DNA from: an uncultured Planctomycetales bacterium
GTDB lineage: Bacteria; Omnitrophota; Gorgyraeia; Zapsychrales; JAHFFX01
Assembly: GCA_964612665.1 (NCBI GenBank)
Contig: CAZTCI010000008.1
Location: 1,083-65,082 of the forward strand
Reading direction: 5' to 3'
Length of the DNA stretch: 64,000 nt
Position numbers and translations under genes: made by a program. A model generated the notes under the pieces. The model was not told the origin of the DNA. It saw only the letters and a list, made by a program, of their open reading frames with translations, and searched no databases. Of the stretch, positions 18,748 to 30,800 are shown one piece after another (the first letter of the stretch is position 1; every line of letters begins with the position of its first letter).

Positions 18748-21700
18748 ATGCTGGAAAAAATATATCTTGGGGAATTTTTATTCTCCTTCGCCCCGACGAG
18801 GAATGAATGGAATATAAAACCTCAGTATGATTGTTTTGTGCGGCGAAGTAGGATAGCCAACGGGATAAAACGATTGTTATCTGAGAGCCTTAAGTCCTTG
18901 GTGACAAATAAAAAACGCGAACCAGCGGAAAAATCCATTCTTCTTTCTTTCTTTTTCAGCCATTGTTTCCGTCGGATTTTCTTACCTTTCTGGCCTGCCT
19001 TCATTTTTTCTTTTATAAATTTATTTGTTATAAATAGTCAAACGTCAGTTTGGGCTGATGGTCTTTCAGTTCCAGCATCTTCAAGTGTTAATGTCAATAG
19101 CGGGACGTTGGATGTTCCAGGTAACGTTACGAACTTAGGGACAATCCAAGTTTCAACCGGACGTATTAAAGTCGGCGGCAATTGGGACAATAGTTCTGGG
19201 ACATATACTTCTGGGACAGGTACAACTGAATTTACTAAAGCCTCGGCAACACAAACCCTCAACTCCGGCGGTACAGCTGTCGGTAAAAAGTTTTATAATC
19301 TCACCCACTCCGGCGCAGGCACACTTCAATTTAATGCCAACGACCTAGATCTCGACGGCAGTTTTTCCAATACCGCCGGCACCGTGAACGCCAACGGCAA
19401 AAATATGACCGTAGGTGGTAACTGGGCGAACACAGGAACTTTTACCGCAGGAAGCAACAGTGTTGTCTTTGATGGCGCGAATCAATCCATATCAGGTTCG
19501 ACAACTTTCTATGATTTTGCAAAAACAGTAACCAGCGCGGCAACCTTGACTTTGCCTAGCACCCTCGAACAAATAGTCACACATCACTTAACGTTGCAGG
19601 GCGCTGCCGGACAACTATTGACGATTAAAAGTGATGTTAATGGAAGTCAGCATAAAATCACTTTGCAGTCGGGAGGATTGCAGACGCTTTCGTACTTGAA
19701 TGTGAATGATTCCGACGCCAGCAACGGCCTCGCACTTGTGGCCGGCGCGACTTCAGTCAATACGACGCCGGGAACGAACGTTAACTGGATTTTTGGTGCG
19801 ACCACGATTACTTGGACTGGAAACGTTTCAACTGACTGGGACACGCCGGGCAACTGGAATCTTGGTTTAGTCCCGGGCGCATCCGATGCGGTTGTTATTC
19901 CTAACGTCGCCACGCAGCCAATCTTGGCAACGAATGTGACGATTGCCACTTTAACCATCAATAGCAGCGCGACACTTACTTTAAACGGTAAAAACTTAAC
20001 CGTGACCGGCGCTTTGTCGAACGACGGTACGGTGAGTTTGTTCGGCAGTGAAACCGTTAATATCGGTACCGTTGATCCCGATTCCGGGACATTTTTATTT
20101 ACTGGGGATAACGACGGTATCAGTGAAAACTTTACGATCCCAGATCTCGGCGCGGCCGGGATTGATTACTTTAACGTCGTGATTAATGATACAAGCGGCG
20201 TCAAAGACACCTTCCGCACGAATGCGAATTTAACGATCGCCGGCGCGCTTACCGTCACCGCCGGTACAATCGACGTTTCAACAAACTCCAATACCTTAAC
20301 GACCGCCGGAACACTTACGGTTAACGGCGGCACATTAACGGCGACGAACGGTAACATTGATGCCAACGGCGCCGTGGTTGTTTCATCAGGAACTTTGACT
20401 GCGCCGACAATTGGTAAAACGTTTACCGTCGCTGGTAACTTTACCCACTCCGGCGGCACGTTTACCAATTCTTCTGGAACTCTAACGCTCGACGGAACCA
20501 GCCAGTCCATCAACGGTTCAACGACCTTCTACAATTTGGCCAAGACGGTTGCTAGTACGGCCACGTTGACGTTTGAAAGTTCCGCGACACAAACTGTTAC
20601 CAATAATTTAACCCTGCAAGGAGCTTCCGGGCAATTGCTGGTGCTCGCCGCTTCAACGCCGACCGTCGCGGCCAATCTTATCCTACAATCCGGCGGGTCG
20701 CAGAATATTTCCTACGTCAATGTGGCTGATAACAATGCCAACGGCGGCACCACGCTGGTCGGTCGTAATGGTTCAGTTAATTCCAACGGCAATTCAAACT
20801 GGTTGTTCGGGGCACAGGATGTTACTTGGACTGGGACTTCGTCAACCGACTGGGACACCGCATCAAACTGGGATTTAGGTTTTGTGCCGGGCAGTACAGA
20901 TTCGGTCATTATCCCGTCGGTGGCGACCCAGCCAGTCTTGGCAACGAATGTCACCGTATTGAATCTAACTTTGCAAGCTTCCGCAACACTTGATCTTAAC
21001 GGTAAAAATATGACGGTTTCTGGAACGCTTGATAACAGCGGTAATGTTAGACTTTTTGGCAGTGAAAGCGTGTCGATCAATGTTCCGGACACAAACTCAG
21101 GTACGTTTACTTATCTTGGAAACGGTGACGGCATCGTTGACACAGATACGATTGCGAACATTGGATACTACAATTTGACAATCAATGATTCACATGCAAC
21201 ACCGGATGTCTTTCAGACCAATGCTGATCTTACCGTCAATGGTGCATTAACAGTAACGGGCGGTACAATGGATATTTCCGCCAATGCCAACACCTTAACC
21301 ACGACGGGCGCATTAACAGTCAACGGCGGTACGTTAACGGCGACAAACGGTAATATCGACGCCAATAATTCAGTAACTGTCAGTTCTGGAACTTTGACGG
21401 CTCCTGGTGCGGGAAAGAACTTTACTGTTGCCGGAAACTTTGCGCATTCAGGTGGCACCTTTACAAATTCCAATGGTACCGTCACTTTGGATACGACAAC
21501 CACGGCGACGATTAGCGGTAACACAACATTTTACAATTTAACCGTGACTACTCCCGCAAAAGAAGTCGACTTTACCGCTGGAACAACCCAAACTGTCACC
21601 AACAATGTTAACTTCACTGGAGATTCGTCGAACGATGTGATCCTTCATTCAACCAGCAATACCGGCGTGAAATGGGACATTACATTCCCCAACGGTACGC

Positions 21701-24700
21701 AATCCGCCAGCTATGTGAGTGTCAAAGATTCCAATGCCAATAGCAACACCATTACCTGCTTTAGCTGTACCAACGGCGGCAACAACAACGCCAACTGGAT
21801 TTTTAGCACGCTTTCGATCGCTGTTCCAGCAAACGGAAAAACAGTCGGCCAAACACCGACGATCATTGGTGTCGCTCCGCCTAACACAGCCGTTACAATT
21901 AAAGATATAAGTAACAACACGGTCGCCACTGTAACATCGGATGCTAATGGAAATTTCCGCGTCGCCTCAAGTACGCTGGCGCTGGGCGCCAATTCTTTAA
22001 AACCGTCTGCGGGTATCTTAAATGGAGTGGCGAATAGTTTAACGGTTGTTGCCAGTCCGACAACATCCCAAGTCCCGACGATTACTTCGCATAACAACGG
22101 CGACCGCGTCAATGGTTCTATGCCCACGATACGCGGTCAGGGTAATCCCAGCAGTACGCTCGCTGTGCTGGCCAGTAATGGCACAGGCAGCTTCTTATTA
22201 CAAACTGTTGGCACCGGCACCGTTGATGCCAGCGGCAATTATGAAGTGACCTTAACGACCGCTTTGCCGAAGGGAACAAATTATCTTTCCGTTACGATTG
22301 ATAACGTGGCGACAAGTATTTTGAATGTGGCTTTGACTGATCCGTTTGGTGTGGTCTTTGATTCTTCGACGGGCCAGCCGATTAAGAATGCGGTTGTTAC
22401 TATTTATAATTCTACAGGCGCTGTCGCGACTCCTGGAGTTGAACTTGATGCGTCTGACACTAATCCCTACACAACTGGTGCCGATGGTTATTATTCATTT
22501 TTGGCCGCTAACGGTGATTATACGATGACCGTCAGTGCGACCGGGTATGATTATCCTTCAACTCAGACATCATTCCCATCGAGCCGTACAGTCACGACGG
22601 GTTCAAAAGGCGAAACATTTACAGTCGCGGGTGTTATTTTACAAATTGACCATCCGATGGATGCCAACGGGCAGCTGCTTCGCATTGAAAAAAGCGCAAA
22701 CAAAAAAGAAGTCCACGTCGGTGAACCAGTGACCTACACGGTCACCATGCAGAACATTTCAACTTCTGATGTTTCGGGTGTTATTTTGGAAGACAAGATT
22801 CCGCCCGGCTTCAAGTTCATTCCCAACCGCGTCATTCTTGACGGTAATCCTATCGCGGATACGCAAACCCAGCGGCCGGTGACTTTCCATGTCGGTAATT
22901 TTGTCGCCGGCACCACGAAGACTTTGAAATATCAGCTCATCGTCGGCAGCGGTGTGACACCCGGAAATTATGACAACGTGGCCGTCGGACGTAATGCCAA
23001 TCAGCTGGCGGTTTCAAACCGGGCGAGCGCAAGCGTCAAAGTTGTGCTCGACCCGCTCTTCGATATGGGCGCGGTTATTGGCAAGGTCTTCTGGGACAAA
23101 AATGAAAACGGCGTTCAAGATCCGCCGACGTATTTCGATATGGACCGCGAAACAATCACCGAGACTTCGATTCCAAACGCACAGATCATCATGGAAGACG
23201 GTACGATGATCCGCTGCGATCAAAACGGACAGTTCAGCGTCCCCGGCATTACACCTGGACGGCACTTGTTTAGAATCGATGAAAGCACACTGCCGGACGG
23301 CGCTTATTTAACGACGGACAAAGTTGTTATCGTCGATATTACAAAAGGCCTGACTGCCAAGGTTAATTTCGGCGTGCAGTTAACTGGAACGACGATTCAA
23401 AACGAACAGGATTTCTTCGTGCATGACGTTAACTTGATCCAGGATAAATCCAAACCGCAGCCGCGGCTGAACGTCAGTCTCTTCAAGAATCAAGTGGTTA
23501 TTAGAAATGATACGTTAAGTGCTCCGGCGGAGTTCAGGATCTTTACCAACTACGCGCCGTTTATCGACAGTTGGAAATTAGAAATCCGCGACAAACAAAG
23601 CGGCCGGTTGATCCGGGCCTTTACCGGCGACCGCAGCAACATTTCCGATCCAATTTATTGGGACGGCAAAGACCAGATTGGCAAAATGGTCCTCGATGAC
23701 CGTCATTATGCTTATAAATTAACGGTCGCTGATAAAGATGGTAACCAAGATGAGACAAGTGAACAGCCATTCGATGTTCTCGTGACCAATCCGGAAAAAG
23801 AAAAATTTGTTGAACTGACCAAAACGATTTTGAATGACAAAAATAAATCACTGACACCGGAGACGAACCAGCAGCTGGTTGAAGCGCAAGACCGCGTCAT
23901 TGATTACCGTCAATGGCTGGCGAACGAATACAAAGGCAACCGGCTCGTTAAGCAAACGATTAAAGTAGACGGCGAAACTGTCTTCTTAGATCGTTATTCG
24001 CCGGATGTGCGGAGCGTGCGCGTCATTAAGACCGATGGAAAATCAATGACCGGCAAGAAAGAATTTTATGAAGTCCCGATCGTCGACCGCCAAGGCTTAA
24101 CGGCGACTGAACTCATTAAAACCCCGCAGGATGTTTCATCTCCGACGAATAAACTTGAAATCATTCTGCCTAAAGGTAATTATGAGATTCAAGTCCAAGA
24201 AGGAAGCAAAGAATTATCACCGGCCGTCCCGGCGCCAAACGTGACACCGCTGTCACCGCCGATACTTCCACCCGACGGCATTCCGACACTGAAACCGTTG
24301 CCGATCCAAACGTATTCCAAAAAAGTAAAAGTCGGCGAGGATTACATGATGTTCGTCGGCATGGGCGATGCCAAAATCGGATACACCTTTGACCGTAGTA
24401 AAGTCGAAGATGTTGCCAAAGATGATCAGTATAAAGCCGGCTTTTGGAGCGAAGGGAAACTGGCGTATTTCTTAAAGGGCAAGATCCTCGGGAAATATCT
24501 TGTTACCTCGAGCTTTGACAGCAACCGCGAACAAAAAGAAATCTTTAAGAATATCAATCCGAACCAGTATTATCCAATTTACGGCGATAATTCTTCCAAA
24601 GATTATTCCGCAACGAACACGCAAGGGAAATTATATTTGCTCGTCGAATGGGACAAGTCGTCGGTTATTTGGGGTAACTACAATGTCGGCTTTACGGATA

Positions 24701-27700
24701 CGGAATTCGCTCAATACAACCGGTCGCTTTACGGCGGAAAAATTGATTATCAAACGGTGGCCGCAACACCGTATGGAGAACCGGACACCAGGGTCGTTTT
24801 ATTCCGCGCGAAAGCCCAGCAGAAAGGGGCGCACAACGAATTCGTCGGGACCGGCGGGTCGCTGTTTTATTTGAAAAACAAAGATGTGATTGAAGGTTCA
24901 GAAAAAGTGAGCGTTCAAATCCGCGATAAGATTACGGGTCTGGTTATTTCGTCACGTGATATGAAACCGCGGGTTGATTATGAAATTGATTATAAAGAAG
25001 GCCGCATCCTTTTCTGGAAGCCGGTTAACATTTTGGTTGAAGGCGCGTCGATCATCTCGAGCCAGTTGTTAAGCGGTAATCCTGTCTATGTACTTACTGA
25101 CTATGAGTACGAACCTTCTGATGATTTTCAACAAGCCACAATTGGTGCGCGCGTGGCGCAGGCTGTTTCCGATAACGTTGTTGTTGGCGGAACTTATGTC
25201 AAAGAAAATCAGCAGGGCGGTGAATACAATTTAAAAGCAACAGACACGACGGTACATCTTGGACATGACGCCACGATCAAAGGCGAATATGCGGAGTCGC
25301 AGGCACAGGCAACCGGTACTTTTGTTTCGACCGACGGAGGGTTAACATTTACCGAATTGCAAACGAACCAAGACGCGCAAGGAAAGGCCTATGGTCTGCG
25401 TGGCGACGCGCGGTTGTTTAACCGCATAGGATTGACCAGTTATTATAAATGGATTGATGATGAATTCTCAACGCCCGCCACAACTGCTCAGCAGGGTAAG
25501 GAGTTGGAAGGTGTGGCCTTGGATTACGAAATCTCGCCGAAGACGCGGCTTTCGATGCGTCATGATGTTCAACGGTTGCTTGACAGCGGTAATGCGCAAA
25601 CACAGCTTCAAGTGGGCGCGTCACGCACCGAAACAACGTCGATGCAGATAGTCCATCAAATCCGCCAGCTCACGTTAACAGGTGAATACCGTCATCAACA
25701 AGTAACTGATAAAAATGGACAATTTGTTTCTGAGACAAACACGCAAGGAGATTTGTTAGCGTTAAAAGCTGACTACGCGATTAATGATAACGCCAATGTT
25801 TATCTCGAGCGCCAGCAATCCATCCAAGGCCCATCTAACGCGCAAACAACCGTCGGCGGCGCAATCCGTCCTGACAAAACATTAGAATTGCGCGCGAGTG
25901 AAACGATCGCCGAGAATGGAAACGCGACGAGTTTGGGCGCAACCAAGAATTTCAATGACAAAGTTAAAATCGCGGGTGATTACACAATTGTCAAAAATAA
26001 TGCGGGACGCACGTCGGGCTTAAGCGGTTCAGCCAATCAAGGCAGCCAGTTGAGTCCAGGCGTCAATGTCAGCAGTTCAGCCAGTGATAAAGATGGCGCG
26101 CAAGCTTCTTTAGGTGCTGATATAAAGTTAACTGATAAAACCAGCGTGCAGGGCGCGCTCGGACTCGGACAAACCGTGAGCGGTGAAAAAACAACGACGC
26201 TCGCCCTTGGGGGACGCACTAAAGTTGACAGCCAAACGGATCTCGGCGCCAAAATCGGTATGACTCAGTCTTCCTCCGGCGGAGTCGGGGAAACTCTTGG
26301 CGCCGATGCCACACGTCAAGTTGATGATACAACGCAAGTGACAAGCGGCGTTGATGTCAGTCAGCGGCCCGGCGAATCCAAGATGACGAATTTCAAATTA
26401 GGCGGGCAAAAGCAATTGACCGACGAGGTTAAGATGACATCCGAACGTTCTTTTGGATTTTCGCGCGACATTGTCTCTCAGAACAGCAGTTACGGAATGA
26501 TTCGAGAAAAAGACGGGCATAAACTTCAAGGAACAATCACCCGTCAGCATTCCGAAGGCACGCAAGAAACGTCTGACTCCAACATTTATGGATTGTCCGG
26601 CGATGTGGGCAGCGACAAGTTTGCTTTAAACGGTTCTTATGAACGCGGGATTGTTCAGTCCCATAACGGCCAGCAGTCGGACCGCAATGCAGTCAGCGTC
26701 GGGATGGGATACGTTGATAAAGACAAAGAGACCGGCGTTGAAAAGTTAAAAGCGTCGAGCAAAATTGAATTCCGCAAAGATTCCGGCGACACCGATAAAT
26801 ATCAATATGTTCTTTATAATTCTGCTGAAGGCCGCTTGACACCGGAGATTTCTATTTATTTGAAGACACAATTGTCTAAGACAGAAAATACAAGCAGCAA
26901 TAACAAAGAAGCAGAATACAAAGAAATTATTTTAGGCGGCGCTTACCGTCCGATTTACGCCGACCGTTTAAACATTTTGGGACGCTACACGTATTTGACT
27001 AATTTGTCGCCGGACAGTCAATCTAGTAACGCTAGCGTCGATGAGACGCGGGCCCATGTGTTTGCGGGTGAAGTTGTTTATGATCTTACGCCTCAATGGC
27101 AGCTGTCGGAAAAATTGGCTTTGCGTTTAAATGAAGAAAGAGTCCCGGGCTTTGATTTTACGCAAACTCAGACGTGGCTCATGATTCATCGTTTGAATTA
27201 CAACATCGCGAAGGATTGGCAGGTGAGCGGCGAATACCGCAGATTGGCGCAGATTCAAGCCAAAGACAGCCAAAGCGGTTTTCTCCTTGAGGTTTCACGT
27301 GATGTGAACGACTTTGCTCAGTTGGGCGCTGGATGGAATTTCACTCAGTTTAGTGATGACTTAACTGATTTGGGTTACACGGCGCAAGGGCCATTTTTGC
27401 GGATGACGACGAAACTCTATGACCGCACGCCGCAGGAAAAAGCCCTGGCGCATGAAAGATGGCTGCAGGACAGAATTAATATTTGGGCTTGGGACATCAT
27501 CAATCGTGAATTGGTCAGGCCGGATAGTCCGATTGTAGAACAGCTTAATGAATTCTTTGCAATGGCCAAGCAAGCGCGGGCCGAAGGGAATTTGGAAGAG
27601 GCCCAAAAAATTTATAAAGACATTATTGTAGCGGGCGACATTATGTTTAATGAAGCGTCTCAATATATTTTAGGGCGCGTTTCGTTTGAGGAAAAGCTGC

Positions 27701-27810
27701 AAGATTATGCCTCGATGGCGAACGAACATTTCAAACAAGGTGAGTATGAAGAGGCGAAAAAATTATGGCAAAAAATACTAGAAGAGACAGAAAAGCCTGT
27801 GGTAAAATGA
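18748..27810 (+). CDS. Giant (~3020 aa) cell-surface protein with beta-helix-like repeats, a DUF11-like domain, an SdrD-B-like domain, a long beta-strand-rich C-terminal region and a terminal TPR-like helical tail.
   Basis: Repeated ~150-aa units (NWIFGA..TWTG..STDWDT..NW(N/D)LG.VPG..D.V.IP..ATQP.LATNVT..LT) resemble adhesin passenger repeats. The DUF11-like block is VHVGEPVTYTVTMQNISTSDVSGVILEDKIPPGFKFIPNRV. The SdrD-B-like block is GKVFWDKNENGVQD..NAQIIMEDGT. The stop codon overlaps the next gene's start as ATGA. The start codon is uncertain; the N-terminal ~100 aa are atypical. Confidence 0.7.
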   Translation: MLEKIYLGEFLFSFAPTRNEWNIKPQYDCFVRRSRIANGIKRLLSESLKSLVTNKKREPAEKSILLSFFFSHCFRRIFLPFWPAFIFSFINLFVINSQTSVWADGLSVPASSSVNVNSGTLDVPGNVTNLGTIQVSTGRIKVGGNWDNSSGTYTSGTGTTEFTKASATQTLNSGGTAVGKKFYNLTHSGAGTLQFNANDLDLDGSFSNTAGTVNANGKNMTVGGNWANTGTFTAGSNSVVFDGANQSISGSTTFYDFAKTVTSAATLTLPSTLEQIVTHHLTLQGAAGQLLTIKSDVNGSQHKITLQSGGLQTLSYLNVNDSDASNGLALVAGATSVNTTPGTNVNWIFGATTITWTGNVSTDWDTPGNWNLGLVPGASDAVVIPNVATQPILATNVTIATLTINSSATLTLNGKNLTVTGALSNDGTVSLFGSETVNIGTVDPDSGTFLFTGDNDGISENFTIPDLGAAGIDYFNVVINDTSGVKDTFRTNANLTIAGALTVTAGTIDVSTNSNTLTTAGTLTVNGGTLTATNGNIDANGAVVVSSGTLTAPTIGKTFTVAGNFTHSGGTFTNSSGTLTLDGTSQSINGSTTFYNLAKTVASTATLTFESSATQTVTNNLTLQGASGQLLVLAASTPTVAANLILQSGGSQNISYVNVADNNANGGTTLVGRNGSVNSNGNSNWLFGAQDVTWTGTSSTDWDTASNWDLGFVPGSTDSVIIPSVATQPVLATNVTVLNLTLQASATLDLNGKNMTVSGTLDNSGNVRLFGSESVSINVPDTNSGTFTYLGNGDGIVDTDTIANIGYYNLTINDSHATPDVFQTNADLTVNGALTVTGGTMDISANANTLTTTGALTVNGGTLTATNGNIDANNSVTVSSGTLTAPGAGKNFTVAGNFAHSGGTFTNSNGTVTLDTTTTATISGNTTFYNLTVTTPAKEVDFTAGTTQTVTNNVNFTGDSSNDVILHSTSNTGVKWDITFPNGTQSASYVSVKDSNANSNTITCFSCTNGGNNNANWIFSTLSIAVPANGKTVGQTPTIIGVAPPNTAVTIKDISNNTVATVTSDANGNFRVASSTLALGANSLKPSAGILNGVANSLTVVASPTTSQVPTITSHNNGDRVNGSMPTIRGQGNPSSTLAVLASNGTGSFLLQTVGTGTVDASGNYEVTLTTALPKGTNYLSVTIDNVATSILNVALTDPFGVVFDSSTGQPIKNAVVTIYNSTGAVATPGVELDASDTNPYTTGADGYYSFLAANGDYTMTVSATGYDYPSTQTSFPSSRTVTTGSKGETFTVAGVILQIDHPMDANGQLLRIEKSANKKEVHVGEPVTYTVTMQNISTSDVSGVILEDKIPPGFKFIPNRVILDGNPIADTQTQRPVTFHVGNFVAGTTKTLKYQLIVGSGVTPGNYDNVAVGRNANQLAVSNRASASVKVVLDPLFDMGAVIGKVFWDKNENGVQDPPTYFDMDRETITETSIPNAQIIMEDGTMIRCDQNGQFSVPGITPGRHLFRIDESTLPDGAYLTTDKVVIVDITKGLTAKVNFGVQLTGTTIQNEQDFFVHDVNLIQDKSKPQPRLNVSLFKNQVVIRNDTLSAPAEFRIFTNYAPFIDSWKLEIRDKQSGRLIRAFTGDRSNISDPIYWDGKDQIGKMVLDDRHYAYKLTVADKDGNQDETSEQPFDVLVTNPEKEKFVELTKTILNDKNKSLTPETNQQLVEAQDRVIDYRQWLANEYKGNRLVKQTIKVDGETVFLDRYSPDVRSVRVIKTDGKSMTGKKEFYEVPIVDRQGLTATELIKTPQDVSSPTNKLEIILPKGNYEIQVQEGSKELSPAVPAPNVTPLSPPILPPDGIPTLKPLPIQTYSKKVKVGEDYMMFVGMGDAKIGYTFDRSKVEDVAKDDQYKAGFWSEGKLAYFLKGKILGKYLVTSSFDSNREQKEIFKNINPNQYYPIYGDNSSKDYSATNTQGKLYLLVEWDKSSVIWGNYNVGFTDTEFAQYNRSLYGGKIDYQTVAATPYGEPDTRVVLFRAKAQQKGAHNEFVGTGGSLFYLKNKDVIEGSEKVSVQIRDKITGLVISSRDMKPRVDYEIDYKEGRILFWKPVNILVEGASIISSQLLSGNPVYVLTDYEYEPSDDFQQATIGARVAQAVSDNVVVGGTYVKENQQGGEYNLKATDTTVHLGHDATIKGEYAESQAQATGTFVSTDGGLTFTELQTNQDAQGKAYGLRGDARLFNRIGLTSYYKWIDDEFSTPATTAQQGKELEGVALDYEISPKTRLSMRHDVQRLLDSGNAQTQLQVGASRTETTSMQIVHQIRQLTLTGEYRHQQVTDKNGQFVSETNTQGDLLALKADYAINDNANVYLERQQSIQGPSNAQTTVGGAIRPDKTLELRASETIAENGNATSLGATKNFNDKVKIAGDYTIVKNNAGRTSGLSGSANQGSQLSPGVNVSSSASDKDGAQASLGADIKLTDKTSVQGALGLGQTVSGEKTTTLALGGRTKVDSQTDLGAKIGMTQSSSGGVGETLGADATRQVDDTTQVTSGVDVSQRPGESKMTNFKLGGQKQLTDEVKMTSERSFGFSRDIVSQNSSYGMIREKDGHKLQGTITRQHSEGTQETSDSNIYGLSGDVGSDKFALNGSYERGIVQSHNGQQSDRNAVSVGMGYVDKDKETGVEKLKASSKIEFRKDSGDTDKYQYVLYNSAEGRLTPEISIYLKTQLSKTENTSSNNKEAEYKEIILGGAYRPIYADRLNILGRYTYLTNLSPDSQSSNASVDETRAHVFAGEVVYDLTPQWQLSEKLALRLNEERVPGFDFTQTQTWLMIHRLNYNIAKDWQVSGEYRRLAQIQAKDSQSGFLLEVSRDVNDFAQLGAGWNFTQFSDDLTDLGYTAQGPFLRMTTKLYDRTPQEKALAHERWLQDRINIWAWDIINRELVRPDSPIVEQLNEFFAMAKQARAEGNLEEAQKIYKDIIVAGDIMFNEASQYILGRVSFEEKLQDYASMANEHFKQGEYEEAKKLWQKILEETEKPVVK

Positions 27811-30800
27811 CCGCAATGTCTACGGCAAAAATATTGAAAAATTTTTTAATTGTCTTTTCGCTGCCTTTTTGTATTGTTGCATTCAATACTTTTGCTGCGG
27901 CTGCTGAAACACCTCAAACACAAGACACCCAAACCTCGACGGCAACTACGCCCGTATCAACGCCAAGTTCTACAGCGGATTCCTCCGCTTCTTCTGATAC
28001 ACCATCATCCTCTGATCAACAACCCATGGCCATTCCAACCCTGCCAGAAAAAAAATCACTTTCCTCTAAAGATCAATCCGGTTACACCGTTAATCTTCAA
28101 GAACTTATTAAACGTTCCAAAGAAAAAATAAAGGAAGTTAATAAGAAATTGGAAAACCAGGCCAAGAAAAAACGCAACCAGCAGCGCGAAGAAAAAGCGC
28201 GTCAATATTACGAGCGCGGCAATCAACTCTATGCCGAAGGCCGTTACGATGAAGCCCGACTGGAATGGGAAAAAGCAATTAAGATTACGGAACATCCGGA
28301 AATGAAAGATTATGTGCGTGAAAATCCGGGACTGTTTAATCATGAAGTATCAGCGTTGAAAAAGGCCGCTAACGCCCAGAAAAAACAAATTGCTTTAACT
28401 GAAGAACAGCGCGACAAAGAAGTCTCAACCAGTTATAACGCTGCGGTGTCTTTATATAAACAAAAGAAATTTGAAGCGGCGAAAGAAGAATTTTTACACG
28501 TCGAAGAATTGATGCCCGGCCATAAGGCGACGGAAAGTTATTTAAAGATCATTGACCAGGATATCCTAACCCAAAGAACAGAATTAGATAAAGAGAAAGT
28601 AAAAGAAGAAGAACGCCAGCGCCAGGAAGAAGAGCTCGCCCAGAAAAAAGCCAAAGAAGAATGGCAGAAACGGATCGACAAGCAGGAAAAAGAACGTGAA
28701 CAAAAGCAGTTGGCCCAAGCTGACACTATTTATCGCGAAGCGGTTGTGTTGTATCAGCACAAAAGATTTGTTCAGGCTAAAGAAAAATTTCAGGAAGTCG
28801 AATGGGTGTCACCCAATTATAAGAACACGCAGAAATATTTAAAGAATATAGATAAGGATATTAAGGAAGAAGACCGCCGCGTTATTCTTGAACGCCAGCG
28901 GGAATTGGATGAAGAAAAGAAAAAAACAGACACTCAAAAGAAGAAAGAACAAGATGATCGCGAAGTTCAAATTACGGAGCAGAAACGCGAAGAGTTAAGA
29001 AAATTGACTGATAAAACTGATGCCACCTATGAAGAAGCGGTTGCTTTATATAAACATCAAGATTTTATGGCCGCGCGCAGTAAATTTGTGGAAGTCGAAA
29101 ATTTGGTGGCTGATTATAAAGACACCAATAAATACTTGGATAAAATCGATGTCATTATTGAAAGACAAACCGGCCAGAAGCCTGCCAAAGATGTAAAGAC
29201 GGACACAAAAGAATCTCAACCCGTCGAGGAAAAGACAGCTAAAGCTATTTCCAAATCCGAAAGCTTGCAAGAAGAAGTCAAAAAAGAACCTGCCGCTCAG
29301 GAAGAGTCCGCACCTAAAGAATCTAAAGAGCAAGTCGTTAAAAATGAAAGTGAAGAATCTCAAACTAAAGATGAAAGTTCATCCGCTGAAGAATCCTCAT
29401 CGTCAGTGACGGCGGCGTTAACCAGTTCTGAATCTCAAGAAAAAGTTGAAGAAGCTAAAGAACCAGAAGTTTCAACTGCCAAGAAAGATTCCATTGCTGA
29501 GTCAGCGGAATCTGAAAAAGCTGTTCAAGCTAATAATAATGAAGAATCCGTTGAACTCCGACGGTTGAAAGAAAAACAAAAAGAGTTAGAAGAAAAAGAA
29601 AGAGAAGCAACTCAAAGACAACGCATGCTTCAAGATGCCAAAGCCAAGGCCGAAGAAGCTAAACGTGCCGCCGAGGAAAAAGCCAATCAAGCGCAGGCCG
29701 CTTTAGCGGAAAAAGAAAAAGCTGTCAAGGATTTAGCAAAATTACAAACCGATTTAGAAGCGGCCCGAAAAAAAGTTCAAGAAGAGAAAGTAAAACAAGC
29801 CCGGCTTGCTGAAGAGCAAAAAAGAAAAGAGGCTGTTTTAAATGAAATCGCCGAGGATAAATCTGTGAAAGCGGCTAATGAAAAAGAAATTGCGTTAGCT
29901 CAACAGAAAGCCAACGAAGCGCGTCAGTTAGTTGAAGACAAGACCCGGCTTGAAGAAGCTGCGCGTCATGAAAAAGAAAATGCGTTGGCCCAACAGAAGG
30001 TCTTTGAAGAAAAAGCCCGTCGGGCGCAAGCAAAAATGAAACAGCTTCAGGAAAGACGAGAAAGAATCGTCCAGAATTTAAGAGAAAGAGAAATTTTTGT
30101 AGAATCGCCCACTGACGTCAATCCGGAAACATTTGGCGCGCCTTTGTTGTTTGAGCCGGAGAAAGAAACCCTGCGCTCGCAAGCTGCCCGTTATAAAGCA
30201 GAGCTTCGCCGGGCCAGAGAAGAAAATCGTCAAGAAAAGATTGCTCAACAGGAGAAAGAACGGCTGCGCCAAAAAACCGATGAAGCCCAACTTCGTATTG
30301 AACAAAATGAAAAACGCGCGGAAGCGGTTATGAAAAAGAATGATGAAATCTTACAAAGGCATCTTATTAATAAAGAAGATGCGGAGGATCAGCATTTTAA
30401 CCGTGAAAAATTAGCGCAAGATAAACGTTCGATGAAGGAAATGAACCGCGAAGAATTAAATGAGCAGAAAAGAAAAGGTAAAGAGCTTAAGCGGATGATT
30501 AAGCTGGATGAAGAACGTGAAGCTGAACTTGCCCGTCAACAGGCCGATCAAATCAAATTGCTGGAAAACCGTAACAATCAGCAGGAAATTCAATGTTCCG
30601 AGGAGAACTTACCCATTTTAGAAAGCAGCGGCATGATTCCGGGCAACTGGCACATTATGTGCGAACCGCGCCAGCAGCGTCAGAAGGCGGATGTTTCGTT
30701 ACTGGACCAAGAAAAGAAATTAAAACAATTTTATAACGATTTAAAAGAACACAAATATCCTAAAATTCAAAAGAAGCAAACTTCCCATCAAAAACCAGTG